A stretch of DNA of 64,000 nt from assembly GCA_050953885.1 (NCBI GenBank), contig JBMNNJ010000001.1, forward strand, positions 527,437 to 591,436, in the 5' to 3' direction. Both the position numbers and the translations under genes were made by a program. This DNA comes from Patescibacteria group bacterium (GTDB taxonomy: Bacteria; Patescibacteriota; Microgenomatia; 0-14-0-10-38-17). Each line of letters starts with the position of its first letter. Positions within the stretch are counted from its first letter, which is position 1. The notes under the pieces are model-generated. The model had not been told where the DNA came from and ran no database searches. It saw only the letters and a program-made list of their open reading frames with translations. Positions 9,417 to 19,085 of this stretch are shown here, one piece after another.

Positions 9417-11348
9417 CTACTGAATATCTAATCTTTCTCTTGCAAAAGCACCTCTTTTTTCAAGATAACCTAACGGGTGCTCTTTTAGTAAACTCTCAAA
9501 TACTAATCTATCCGTCACCCCAAATGGAGACGTTATTCCCCTCTTTTCCGGATTTCTCACCCCACCATAACCAGCATAAACTGCCCACACTTTCAAATTA
9601 TGAAAATGTCTTATTGCCGTCTCCTTCGAACTACCCCTCTCTTCGTAATATTCCTCAAGATTCCTTTCTAGTCTCAAAGTCCTGAAAATATCAAGAAGGG
9701 GTACAACCCACTCTCCTATTTTTTCTTCTCTCAAGGGCCTACCAGGGCTAAAGTATTCCAACAGTTCCACTGCTTCCTTCGAGATAAGAAAAAAATGATC
9801 TTCACTTGTAAGATTGCTCTGTGTTCTACTCCAGTCGATTTTTTCTTTTCTAAGCAATCTTTCCAATAAGCTTACTTTTCCTTGACTATCATCACTGTAA
9901 GTTTCCCAAAAACTTTTCATTGTGGTAACAGGATAACATTCTGGCACATAAATTAAAATTTTCCCTTTTTTTCCCTCAACCTCATAACGCCAAAACTGAG
10001 AAGGAGAGTTCGCCCCCTTAAATATAAAATCTTCTGCTTCCTTTCCCGTTTCCTTTTTTATTCTCTCAATCTGCAATACTCCCCACTTACCAAAAGCTCC
10101 CCACTCAAAACCATTTGCGCACTCATCTTCAAATCTTTCTTGAGGATGATAAACAGTCCGCAGGGCTTCGGAACACAACGCCGGAACCCAAGCATGCCGT
10201 TCTCTCAAATCCCTAGGGCCTTGCAAAGAGTATCGGCTATCAACTGACTCTATCAAGTTACTACACCATATCCAATTCCAGGCAATAGCATCAGCACTCT
10301 TAACCTTAATTCTAAGTTTTTGCCTTTCTTCCTCGCTCATTTGGCTTTCCATTTCCCGAGAAACACCAAAAACACTTCTTGCCAAATAATCCTGCAGTTT
10401 TTTCCTAAACTCATTAAGCTCCGCTCCTGATTCGCATTCTACTAAACAAAACTCTTCTTCCTCGCCACTCCCTTTATCTACAATCTTAGTCGTGCCATTT
10501 ATAATTTCATCAGCGTACCATTCCAAAGACTGCTTTACTCCCTCAATATTGTAAAGCCTTTCTGCCTGTTCAACCGTGTTTGTCAATTGTATCCAATCTA
10601 AATCTTCCGTCAACTCCTTTGGAGATGCATAATGTACTTTCTTCCAATAAGCCGCTCTGGCTAATTGCCAACGGGCATCCCAATCCCTACGCTCCTCAGA
10701 AGAAGCCTCTATATAAAACCGTGGCTCCATATTAGGAGTAAAACGCGTGTAAAAATCTTGTTGAAGCTCCACATCAACCCAACGCTCTTTCTCTTCTTCA
10801 GGAGGCAATTGAGAGTAGGCTTCTCTTGTTCTTTCATTATAACCAATAGCCATTTTTATTAAGTTTTCGGTGCTTTCTTGATTTTTTTGGGTTGACTTAA
10901 TTGTTTCTTCTTGTAAATCTTTCATTCTTCCCATAAATTTATCTAAACCGCTTAACTTTATCTCCGTGGGCATAGCCTTTTGGTTTACTTCTCCCCCCTC
11001 TTCTGACAATTCCTGCTCCCTTAATAATCTTTCCCTTTCCTCACCAAGCTCTCCGGCTAAAACCGACCATTCATCTTCAGGCACTTGCTCGTCAAGGCAC
11101 CAATCATCGCCTTTCCCTAAAAGTTTCCCCAAACCTTCCGGGGTTTGGTTGCGAGATTCCAACGCCAGCCGGCCTAAGCGTTGGAGCTTCTCGTTTCTGA
11201 TTGCCGCCTCTTGCAAAACTTTTTCTTCCTCGTCTTTTTTTGGCTCTATTAAACCCCGTAACCTTTCTTCAAAAGAAGGTTGCCTTGCCTGCTCTGCCGA
11301 TAATGGTCTTTCCTGTTCTGGTGTGGGCATAATTTCTCTTTCAACCAT
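9417..11348 (-). CDS. hypothetical cytoplasmic protein (Glu/Arg/Trp-rich)
   Basis: Long ORF; no recognisable motif. Confidence 0.5.
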   Translation of the reverse strand: MVEREIMPTPEQERPLSAEQARQPSFEERLRGLIEPKKDEEEKVLQEAAIRNEKLQRLGRLALESRNQTPEGLGKLLGKGDDWCLDEQVPEDEWSVLAGELGEERERLLREQELSEEGGEVNQKAMPTEIKLSGLDKFMGRMKDLQEETIKSTQKNQESTENLIKMAIGYNERTREAYSQLPPEEEKERWVDVELQQDFYTRFTPNMEPRFYIEASSEERRDWDARWQLARAAYWKKVHYASPKELTEDLDWIQLTNTVEQAERLYNIEGVKQSLEWYADEIINGTTKIVDKGSGEEEEFCLVECESGAELNEFRKKLQDYLARSVFGVSREMESQMSEEERQKLRIKVKSADAIAWNWIWCSNLIESVDSRYSLQGPRDLRERHAWVPALCSEALRTVYHPQERFEDECANGFEWGAFGKWGVLQIERIKKETGKEAEDFIFKGANSPSQFWRYEVEGKKGKILIYVPECYPVTTMKSFWETYSDDSQGKVSLLERLLRKEKIDWSRTQSNLTSEDHFFLISKEAVELLEYFSPGRPLREEKIGEWVVPLLDIFRTLRLERNLEEYYEERGSSKETAIRHFHNLKVWAVYAGYGGVRNPEKRGITSPFGVTDRLVFESLLKEHPLGYLEKRGAFARERLDIQ

Positions 11349-11687
11349 ATTGGTTTAGCTATAACAAACTTGGCCCGATTTTAGCAAAAAATATAGGAAA
11401 AAACAAGCTCGGCCCTTGCGCAGTTTCTTAGTTTGTTGTAAGCTAGAATTGTTTAAAGTTAAAAGTCAAAATTCAAAATGCAAAAAGTTAGCAACTCGCA
11501 ACTGGTAACCAGTAACTCGTAATAAGAAGCCAAGATTAAATAACAAAGAGTAAAATGCAAAACCAAGCCAAGAATTAAAAATGTCTTTGAATTTTGATTT
11601 AGGTTTTAATCTTTGCGCTTTGCTCTTTGCGCTTTTTTTATTACCTATTACGGACTACTGATTTTGACTTTTGAATTTTGAATTTTT
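11349..11687. repeat. mosaic hairpin-forming intergenic repeat
   Basis: Arms 'aaagtcaaaattcaaaatgcaaaa ... ttttgacttttgaattttgaattttt', with modules 'gttagcaactcgcaactggtaaccagtaactcgtaataagaa' and 'tttgatttaggttttaatctttgcgctttg'. Confidence 0.8.
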
Positions 11688-12533
11688 ATGGAACAGCATC
11701 CTATTCCTCAACACATTTCCTCCTATGAGTTTCGCCTTATCGGCGAGATGACGCTAGGACAGTTTGCCCGTGTGGCCGGCGGGGTTATCGTTGGTTTGCT
11801 TTTCTACGCTCTTCCTTTACCCGGTTTTATCAAGTGGTTCCTTGTTTTTCTTGCGGTGGGAGGAGGAGCAGCTTTTGCTTTTTTTCCCATTGAGGGCCGC
11901 CCCTTGGAAACCTGGATTTTGGCCTTCTTAAAATCAATTTATTCTCCCACCCAGTATGTCTGGCGAAAAAGCGTCGCCTCTTTTGACTTTCAAACCCGAA
12001 CGCCCTCTGCCGAAGAAGCCCTTCCTCCTTCCCCAGCCACAAAAACCCTTACCCCTCAAGAGTTGGCTCTTTTGCGCACTTTTGGACAGAAAGATACCGA
12101 TTTTTATAGTGAAGAGGAAATTAAAAAAGCCCAGGCGCTTCTTGCTCTTTATCAGCAACCCACCAAAGTAACCCCTCCTCCCCCCCCGGCGGGGGTTAAA
12201 AAAGAAGAAAAGGCCAAAGAGACTCGCTTTGAGGAAAACCTGCCTTTTCCCGCCCCGCCGGAAGAGCCGAATATTATCGTCGGTATGGTGATTGACAAAA
12301 ACGGCAAGATTGTGGAAGGAGCAATTATTGAGATCAAAAACCAAGAAGGGGAAACGATGCGGGCAATGAGAAGCAACAAGTTGGGTCAGTTTCGCACTGT
12401 TTCTCCTTTAGGTGATGGCGAATACCAAATTTCCTGCGAAAAAGAAGGACTTAATTTTGATATAATGAAAATTAAACTTGAAGGGAAAATCCTTCCACCT
12501 ATTGAAATAAGAGAAAAGCCATCGGCTCTATAG
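11688..12533 (+). CDS. PrgI/VirB3-like membrane protein with C-terminal carboxypeptidase-regulatory-like beta domain
   Basis: N-terminus 'IPQHISSYEFRLIGEMTLGQF' plus two TM helices resembles the PrgI family. C-terminus 'IIVGMVIDKNGKIVEGAIIEIKN...GQFRT' resembles the CarbopepD_reg fold. Sits directly upstream of VirB4. Confidence 0.4.
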   Translation: MEQHPIPQHISSYEFRLIGEMTLGQFARVAGGVIVGLLFYALPLPGFIKWFLVFLAVGGGAAFAFFPIEGRPLETWILAFLKSIYSPTQYVWRKSVASFDFQTRTPSAEEALPPSPATKTLTPQELALLRTFGQKDTDFYSEEEIKKAQALLALYQQPTKVTPPPPPAGVKKEEKAKETRFEENLPFPAPPEEPNIIVGMVIDKNGKIVEGAIIEIKNQEGETMRAMRSNKLGQFRTVSPLGDGEYQISCEKEGLNFDIMKIKLEGKILPPIEIREKPSAL

Positions 12534-12566
12534 GATCTATTAACCCTATATCAAATTTTTCAAAAA

Positions 12567-13337
12567 ATGCCAACCTCACCTGTCCGTGCCTCAACCCAAG
12601 AGGCCATTCCCATTGAAGACATTCGCGACAATTTAGTTATTTTAAAAGATGGCTCGGCGGCGCTGATTCTCCAAATAAGCGCCCTAAACTTTGACCTTCT
12701 TTCTCAAAGAGAACAGGAAGCGCTTATTTTTGCCTATGGCAGTCTTCTTAACTCCCTTAGTTTCTCAATCCAAATTTTTATTCGTTCGCAAAAAAAAGAC
12801 ATTACCGGCTACCTTAGTCTCTTGGAAAAGGCCAAAGATAATCAAAAAAATCCTCTTCTTAAGAAACTTATCACCGACTATCAAAAATTTATTAAAGAAG
12901 TGGTCACCAAAACAGAAATTTTGGATAAAAAATTTTATCTGGTGATTCCCTTTTCCTCACTTGAATTAGGAATAGGCGCGGCAACAAAAAGCCTTACCGC
13001 CAGTCTCCCTTTTTTTAAAAAATCTGCTCCCTCTCAAAAATTAGACTTAATTGAGGTTTCCCAAAAGGCGCAGACCTCACTTACCCCCAAGAGGGACCAT
13101 TTAATCAGGCTTTTTGCCCGCTTGGGGCTTTCTGCCCGCCAGCTCACCACCAACGAGCTTATTTACCTTTTCTTCCGTATTTACAATCCCAACGCCAAGG
13201 GGATTGAACCGGCCCTTACCAAAGAATATCTCTCGCCCTTAACCACCAGCGTTTTAACACCACCGAAAGAAGAAATCGCAAAGACAGAAAAGCCTGAAAC
13301 TCAAAATGAGAAGTCAGAAACAAAAGCGCCGCAGTAA
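12567..13337 (+). CDS. virB4: VirB4/TraE-family N-terminal domain (stand-alone ORF)
   Basis: 'IPIEDIRDNLVILKDGSAALILQISALNFDLLSQREQEALIFAYGSLLNSL.FSIQIFIRSQK' matches the Gram-positive VirB4/TrbE N-terminal region; ends in a low-complexity linker. Confidence 0.55.
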   Translation: MPTSPVRASTQEAIPIEDIRDNLVILKDGSAALILQISALNFDLLSQREQEALIFAYGSLLNSLSFSIQIFIRSQKKDITGYLSLLEKAKDNQKNPLLKKLITDYQKFIKEVVTKTEILDKKFYLVIPFSSLELGIGAATKSLTASLPFFKKSAPSQKLDLIEVSQKAQTSLTPKRDHLIRLFARLGLSARQLTTNELIYLFFRIYNPNAKGIEPALTKEYLSPLTTSVLTPPKEEIAKTEKPETQNEKSETKAPQ

Positions 13338-13798
13338 AGTCAAAAATCAAAATTTAAAAGTTTATCCGCCAGCTGGCGGATAAAATTCAAAATGAAAATG
13401 TAAAAAGTAAAAAGTTAGTAACTCGTAACTGGTAACCAGTAACTCGTAATAAGAAATCAAGATTAAATAGCAAATATCAAAATGCAAAACCAAGTTCAAA
13501 GACCAAAACTATAAATTAAATCTCAAAACGCAAATGACAAACTGCTCTGCCGGCAAGGCAGGTCTACATGGCAAATGTTAAAACTTTTTAAAGCTTAAGG
13601 TTATTTTTTTAGATTTTAGTTTTGAGTTGTAGTTTTGAGTTTTGACATTTGAGATTTAAGTTTATTTATTGTTTTTGAATTTTGATTTAGGTTCTAATCT
13701 TTGCGCTTTGCGTTTTACGCTTTTTTATTACTTATTACGAGTTACATATTACGGATTACTGATTTTTAATTTTGACTTTTGAATTTTGAATTTTTTTC
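13338..13798. repeat. mosaic hairpin-forming repeat lying between the two VirB4 halves
   Basis: Contains all modules: 'caaaa' arms, 'ccgccagctggcgg', the 'aactggtaaccagt' module, 'tgccggcaaggcagg', and ends 'ttttgaattttgaatttttttcATG'. Confidence 0.8.
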
Positions 13799-15631
13799 AT
13801 GCCCAATCCTCTTAACCAACTATTAGCAATAATCAAGCCTCCTAAAAAAGAAAGTCAGGCGGAGGCGGCCGCAGAAAAAGAAGGCGGCGACACCTTTGGC
13901 GCCGGCGTGCCCACCATTAAAGACATCATCGCCCCGGCCGCCATTGAAGTGGATTTTTCCTATCTTAAAATTGACAATAAATATTTACGGACTTTTTTTG
14001 TCGCCGGTTATCCCCGCTTTGTTTCCGCCAACTGGCTCTCGCCCCTGATTAATTTTGACCACACCTTGGATATTTCCATGTTTATTTATCCAGTGGAAAT
14101 AAAGGGAACCTTAGACGACTTGCGCCGGAAAATCGCCGAAATGGAAGCGGAAATTTCCACCGACATCCAGCGGGGCCGGGTGGTTGATCCCTCCACCCAA
14201 GCAAAATTAGAAGACGCCCTTGCCCTTCAAGAAGAGTTAGCCAAAGGAACAGAGCATTTTTTTCAATTTAGCCTCTATATCACCATTCCCGCTGATTCTC
14301 TTCAGGAATTGGAAGAGGTAAGTCGTGAAGTTGAAGCCACCTTGGGTTCGCTTTTAATTATTGCCAAAACGGCTAGCCTGCAAATGGAAGAAGGCTTTAA
14401 AACCACTCTCCCTTTGGGAGTTGATCTTTTAAATATTACCCGTAATATGGACACCACCTCACTAGCCACCACTTTCCCTTTTACTTCCTCAGAACTGACC
14501 GCCAACGAGGGGATTTTATACGGTGTTAACCAACATAATGGTTCTTTGGTTATTTTTGACCGTTTCAATTTGGAAAATTCTAATGCGGTTATTTTTGGCA
14601 AGTCCGGTTCGGGGAAAAGTTATCTGGTAAAACTTGAAGCCCTGCGCTCTTTAATGATGGGCACGGAGCTGATTATTATCGACCCCGAGGAAGAATACCA
14701 CCAGCTTTGTGAAGCAGTAGGAGGCGAGTATATTAAATTTGGTTTTGGCTCGCGGGCAAAAATCAACCCTTTTGATCTCCCCAGTCAGCAACTATCGTTT
14801 CCCGGCGAAAAAACCGAAAATGAACTTGGCTTCAAGCTTCTCTCTCTTCATTCGCTTTTAAAAATAATGTTAGGAGAGATGAGCGCTAACGAAGAAGCAA
14901 TTTTGGACCGAGCACTCGTGGCCGCTTATAAAAGCAAGGGAATCACTCCCGATCCCGCCACTTATGAACAGGAGCCGCCGCTTTTAGAAGATCTTTATAA
15001 AACTCTTTTGGGAATGGAAAGTAAAGAGGGTCAGCTTTTGGCTACCCGTTTGGAAAAATTTGTTAAAGGCTCGCTTACCGGCATTTTTGACCAGCATTCC
15101 AATGTTAACCTAAAAAATCCTTTTACGGTTTTTTCCTTAAAAGACGTCGAGGGCGACTTAAGGCCGGTGGTAATGTTTATTATCCTTGATTACATTTGGA
15201 CCAAGGTTAAGGCAGAGCTTAAAAAAAGAATCGTCATTGTTGATGAGGCGTGGTATTTAATGCGCTATCCTGATTCGGCCCAGTTTTTGGAATCTATCGC
15301 CAAAAGGGCGCGCAAGTATTATCTGGGGCTTTCCACTATCACCCAAGACGTTCCCGATTTTCTTTCTTCGCCCTATGGGGAATCAATTATCACCAATTCT
15401 TCTGTTCAAATTTTAATGAAACAGCATCCGGCCGCTATTGACCGCTTAGGCGAGGTTTTCTATCTTTCCGAGGGGGAGAAAAACTTCCTCCTCTCGGCCA
15501 ATATTGGCGAAGGGCTTTTCTTTGCCGGCGAAAACCATGTGGCCATTAAAGTCATCTCCTCCCCTCAAGAACATAAATTGGTTAGTTCCAGTCCGAAAGA
15601 GAAAATAAAAGAAACGACCAAAGAAAAATGA
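13799..15631 (+). CDS. virB4: VirB4/TraE-family ATPase, central and C-terminal domains
   Basis: 'FVAGYPRFVSANWLSPLINFDHTLDIS' VirB4 mid-region; Walker A 'GKSGSGKS'; Walker B 'IVIVDEAW'. Confidence 0.8.
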   Translation: MPNPLNQLLAIIKPPKKESQAEAAAEKEGGDTFGAGVPTIKDIIAPAAIEVDFSYLKIDNKYLRTFFVAGYPRFVSANWLSPLINFDHTLDISMFIYPVEIKGTLDDLRRKIAEMEAEISTDIQRGRVVDPSTQAKLEDALALQEELAKGTEHFFQFSLYITIPADSLQELEEVSREVEATLGSLLIIAKTASLQMEEGFKTTLPLGVDLLNITRNMDTTSLATTFPFTSSELTANEGILYGVNQHNGSLVIFDRFNLENSNAVIFGKSGSGKSYLVKLEALRSLMMGTELIIIDPEEEYHQLCEAVGGEYIKFGFGSRAKINPFDLPSQQLSFPGEKTENELGFKLLSLHSLLKIMLGEMSANEEAILDRALVAAYKSKGITPDPATYEQEPPLLEDLYKTLLGMESKEGQLLATRLEKFVKGSLTGIFDQHSNVNLKNPFTVFSLKDVEGDLRPVVMFIILDYIWTKVKAELKKRIVIVDEAWYLMRYPDSAQFLESIAKRARKYYLGLSTITQDVPDFLSSPYGESIITNSSVQILMKQHPAAIDRLGEVFYLSEGEKNFLLSANIGEGLFFAGENHVAIKVISSPQEHKLVSSSPKEKIKETTKEK

Positions 15632-15651
15632 GAAATTAAAAATTCGGTTTT

Positions 15652-18600
15652 ATGCCCGACCAAGATAAATTAATCCTTTCCCGCGAAACCGCCGCACATC
15701 TTCTTGAGGGAATCTCTTTTTTTAAAGAAAATCCCGCCGCCAAAGAATGGCAAAATTTAGATAAGAATCTTTTTATTTTTCTTTGCCGCGAACTTTGTCA
15801 ATTACCTGTCGAGGAAGAAGAAAATCTTAATGATTATCTTGCCCGTCTTGAGGATTTTTTAAAAAAAATCGTTAATGAAGAGCTCACCGCCCCTTCCCTG
15901 CCCCAAAATTTGGAAGAATTAGTTGAGGCTTGGGAAAAATTTTTGGCCCAAAAAGACGCCCAAGCGCCACCTCCTCCCAAAATAAATCTTCCCACCGTTG
16001 AAGACTGGATAAAAACTTTACAGGAAAAAAGGGTTCAGGAAGAGGTCGCCCCCCAAGTTGAAAAGGCGCTTGAAACCGCCGCTCCCCACCTTTCCTCCCA
16101 AGATAAGGCTGTTCTTGGAGAAAAGATAAGCGAAGAGATCGCCAAAACCCCCTTCCTTATCCTTCCCCGGGAAGAAAAAGAAGCGGTTGCCCAAAGGGTG
16201 GTTGAGAAAAGCCTTGAAGAAAAACAAATCCTTTTAGGAGAAGAACAAAGGCAACTGTTAACTAAGACAATGGTTAGTCCGGCGCCAACGCTTCCTTCCC
16301 AAAAGCAAGTGGTTAAGGAAATCGGAGACCAGGTAGAAAGTTTAGTAAGCCAGCATCTCCCCGACCTTTCTCCTGATCAAAAACAACTTCTCTCTCACCA
16401 GTTGGTTGAAGAAGTAATTACGCCGATAATTCCCCCCGAGGAGGCTTTTCTCAAGCCTTCGCTTTGGCTGGCCGAAGCCCCGGGGTTAAAAACACCTCCT
16501 GAAATAGCCGCTAAGGCAGAGACAATCATTGAAACCAGTGTCCCTCAAGCTTCAGGGGAACAAAAAGAAGCCTTAAAGAAAGAGGTTGAAAAAATCATTA
16601 GAGGAGAAGAAGAGCTTGGTCCGGCCACCAAAGAATGGCAGGAAACTTTTCGCCAGACACTGGCGAGAGAGGAAATAAAACCAAGGGTAGAAGCAGTTCT
16701 TGAAACCGCCGCTCCCCACCTTTCCTCCCAAGATAAGGCTGATCTTGGAGAAAAGATAAGCGAAGAGATCGCCAAAACTCCCTTCCTTACCCTTCCCCGG
16801 GAAGAAAAAGAAGCGGTTGCCCAAAGGGTGGTTGAGAAAAGCCTTGGGGAAAAACAAATCCTTTTGGGAGAAGAACAAAGACAGCTATTAACTAAGGCAA
16901 TGGTTAGTCCGGCACCAGCGCTTCCTCCAAAAGAAAGAGTCGTTAGAGAAATTATTACCCCACCTGTTTTTAAAAACTTTCAGGAACAAATCAAAGAAGC
17001 CCTAAAAATTTCTTTAGGAAAAGTTGAGCCGGAAACCATTAGCGAGGTGAGTCCCATTGTCAGCGAAGCGCTGGCGGTTAATCTTCCTTTCTTAACCCCC
17101 CAAGAATTAGCAAGCCTAAACCCTTCAGAAAAAGGCGAAATCGTGGAAAACACTATCGAGGCAGCCCTGCCGGATATTGGCGAATTTTTGGTCGCCAAAG
17201 GAATTAACCTTTCCCCCCAAGAAACTGCCAATTTTTTAGATCAGCTTACCATTGCCACAAATGATAATTTAGAAAAGCTCACCATTGTTCCGCCCGAAAA
17301 TCGTCTCCCCCAGGAAAAAATTACCAAAACCGAAGGAAGCGCCACCCCCGCCTTAGCCGCCCTCCTTCATCCCCGTCAAACCGCCACTCTCCTTTTTAAC
17401 CCCCAATTAAGAAGAAACCTTGAGGCTTTAGATAAAAACCCCTCCCTTCCTTTTAGTCTTACTGTTGAAGGAGAAGAGGCCTCGCCGGGAGAAAAAATTA
17501 AAAATATTTTTCTTCAAAAGGGAATTAATTTTCAAAGCGTTAATTTAGTCAAGCCCCTAAAAGAGGAAACCGAAAGCTTAATATTGGCCGCCAAGGGAAT
17601 TACCAGTGCCGACTTAAACTTGGCGATTAAGACAAGCCGGGAGGAAAACCGACCGGTTGAAGAAATTAGTAAATTAGAACAGCTTTTTGTCCGTCAGTTG
17701 GATTTTGAAAAAAAGTTTCCCCAGTTAGCCCAAAAATTTTATCGCCTAAGAAGAGCGCGTGAAGTTGTTTCCGGCCAGAAAAACGACCAAAAATTACCTT
17801 CCTGGCCTTTTGCCCAAATTAAAAGCCAAACTAACCTTGAAACAACAAGATGGAACTTTTTAAGAACTGCTAATCGTTTTTTGGAAAAAATAGGCTTGGT
17901 TAAAAAAGAGGAAAGTCCTTCAGGGAAAATTATCCAATCCTCTCTGGTTTGGTATTATCCCCAAAAAATTGGCCAGGCAATCTCCTCTTTTTGGCAAAAA
18001 ACAGGGATTGGCAAAACCATTAAATCTTGGTTTTCCCAACAAACTCATCGTTTTTGGCAAGGCGCTTTGGGACAAATAAGAGGATTTAGTAAAGCGGGAG
18101 TTAAAAAAGCGGCTCAGGAAGGCGCCAAAAAAGGGGTTGCCAAAGCCATCGCCTGGCTTTCTACCAAGCTGGCGGCCACCAAACTGGGGGCGGCTTTAGG
18201 CTCAATTGCCCCGGGAATAGGCAATGCGGTCGGCGCGGTAGTGGGATTTGTGGTTGATACCGGCGTCTCGCTTTTTAAAAAAGGCGGTGAATTTTTAGAA
18301 AAGCTTACCGGCGGCCAAACCGAAGCCGAACAAAAACTAAAAGCCGCTCTTGGCCCATTTTCTTTTCTGGTTTCCCCTTTAGTTTTAATTTTTATTATCG
18401 CCTTAGGCGCGCCACTTATCCTTGTTTTTTTAACTGTTACCAATATTGGTGGCGCTTTTTTGAGCCCGGCGGGGGGAGAAGAATTTGTCCCCCCGGGTAA
18501 TTCTCTCCCTCCTAATATTAACGGTCATTTATCGGAACAACTAGTTCAAATGTTTATTAACTGCGGTTTAGGAAACCCCGAGAGAGAAAATGCTACTATT

Positions 18601-19062
18601 TCTGTAAACAAAGGAAGCCTTTCTCGCTTTATAGACTGCATTGAGAACAGCGATCTAGACCCTTGGCAAAAAAACGCTCTCTCCGACAGGTTTGAAAGCA
18701 ATACTAATAAATTTTATTATTTTCAATGTGTTGGTTTTGTTTTTGGCGTGGAAGCTATCCAAGGAAGAATAATGCCTTCAAATGATGTTTGTTGGGCTAC
18801 CGCAAACCAGTGGGGCAAAGAAGAATGTTATAAAAATAGTCCTGAATATGAATTTTTAGGAAATGACTGCTCTGGAGTACAGCCCGGAACTATTGCTGTT
18901 TGGTTCGGCAGCACTACTGGTCATATCGGTATTATCACCGGCATAGAAGAAGAAGTAGGTGAGCGTCGATTCCGCTTTACCTCAGCATGGGGTAATAATG
19001 GTATTATTGATATCCGCTCTTTTCCCTGTAGTCAATTTGATGCTTTCATCAGACCTCGATAA
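15652..19062 (+). CDS. large T4SS-associated protein with internal tandem repeats, TM segments and C-terminal CHAP peptidoglycan hydrolase domain (VirB1/PrgK-like role)
   Basis: C-terminus 'FQCVGFVFG...GTIAVWFGSTTGHIGII' carries the CHAP Cys/His; two ~227-bp near-identical copies at 16069-16295 and 16699-16925. Confidence 0.55.
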   Translation: MPDQDKLILSRETAAHLLEGISFFKENPAAKEWQNLDKNLFIFLCRELCQLPVEEEENLNDYLARLEDFLKKIVNEELTAPSLPQNLEELVEAWEKFLAQKDAQAPPPPKINLPTVEDWIKTLQEKRVQEEVAPQVEKALETAAPHLSSQDKAVLGEKISEEIAKTPFLILPREEKEAVAQRVVEKSLEEKQILLGEEQRQLLTKTMVSPAPTLPSQKQVVKEIGDQVESLVSQHLPDLSPDQKQLLSHQLVEEVITPIIPPEEAFLKPSLWLAEAPGLKTPPEIAAKAETIIETSVPQASGEQKEALKKEVEKIIRGEEELGPATKEWQETFRQTLAREEIKPRVEAVLETAAPHLSSQDKADLGEKISEEIAKTPFLTLPREEKEAVAQRVVEKSLGEKQILLGEEQRQLLTKAMVSPAPALPPKERVVREIITPPVFKNFQEQIKEALKISLGKVEPETISEVSPIVSEALAVNLPFLTPQELASLNPSEKGEIVENTIEAALPDIGEFLVAKGINLSPQETANFLDQLTIATNDNLEKLTIVPPENRLPQEKITKTEGSATPALAALLHPRQTATLLFNPQLRRNLEALDKNPSLPFSLTVEGEEASPGEKIKNIFLQKGINFQSVNLVKPLKEETESLILAAKGITSADLNLAIKTSREENRPVEEISKLEQLFVRQLDFEKKFPQLAQKFYRLRRAREVVSGQKNDQKLPSWPFAQIKSQTNLETTRWNFLRTANRFLEKIGLVKKEESPSGKIIQSSLVWYYPQKIGQAISSFWQKTGIGKTIKSWFSQQTHRFWQGALGQIRGFSKAGVKKAAQEGAKKGVAKAIAWLSTKLAATKLGAALGSIAPGIGNAVGAVVGFVVDTGVSLFKKGGEFLEKLTGGQTEAEQKLKAALGPFSFLVSPLVLIFIIALGAPLILVFLTVTNIGGAFLSPAGGEEFVPPGNSLPPNINGHLSEQLVQMFINCGLGNPERENATISVNKGSLSRFIDCIENSDLDPWQKNALSDRFESNTNKFYYFQCVGFVFGVEAIQGRIMPSNDVCWATANQWGKEECYKNSPEYEFLGNDCSGVQPGTIAVWFGSTTGHIGIITGIEEEVGERRFRFTSAWGNNGIIDIRSFPCSQFDAFIRPR
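16069..16925 (+). repeat. two near-identical ~227-bp direct repeats (period ~630 bp) inside the 1136-aa CDS
   Basis: 'cttgaaaccgccgctccccacctttcctcccaagataaggctg...' repeated with only a few substitutions. Confidence 0.8.
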
Positions 19063-19085
19063 ATAAGTTATAATAAAATGGCCCA

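Noticed and set aside
13367-13388. TTATCCGCCAGCTGGCGGATAA as a pair of inverted DnaA boxes
   Set aside because: Two mismatches to TTATCCACA in the critical positions. It recurs outside the origin as part of the mosaic repeats, and is more likely a distinct palindromic motif.
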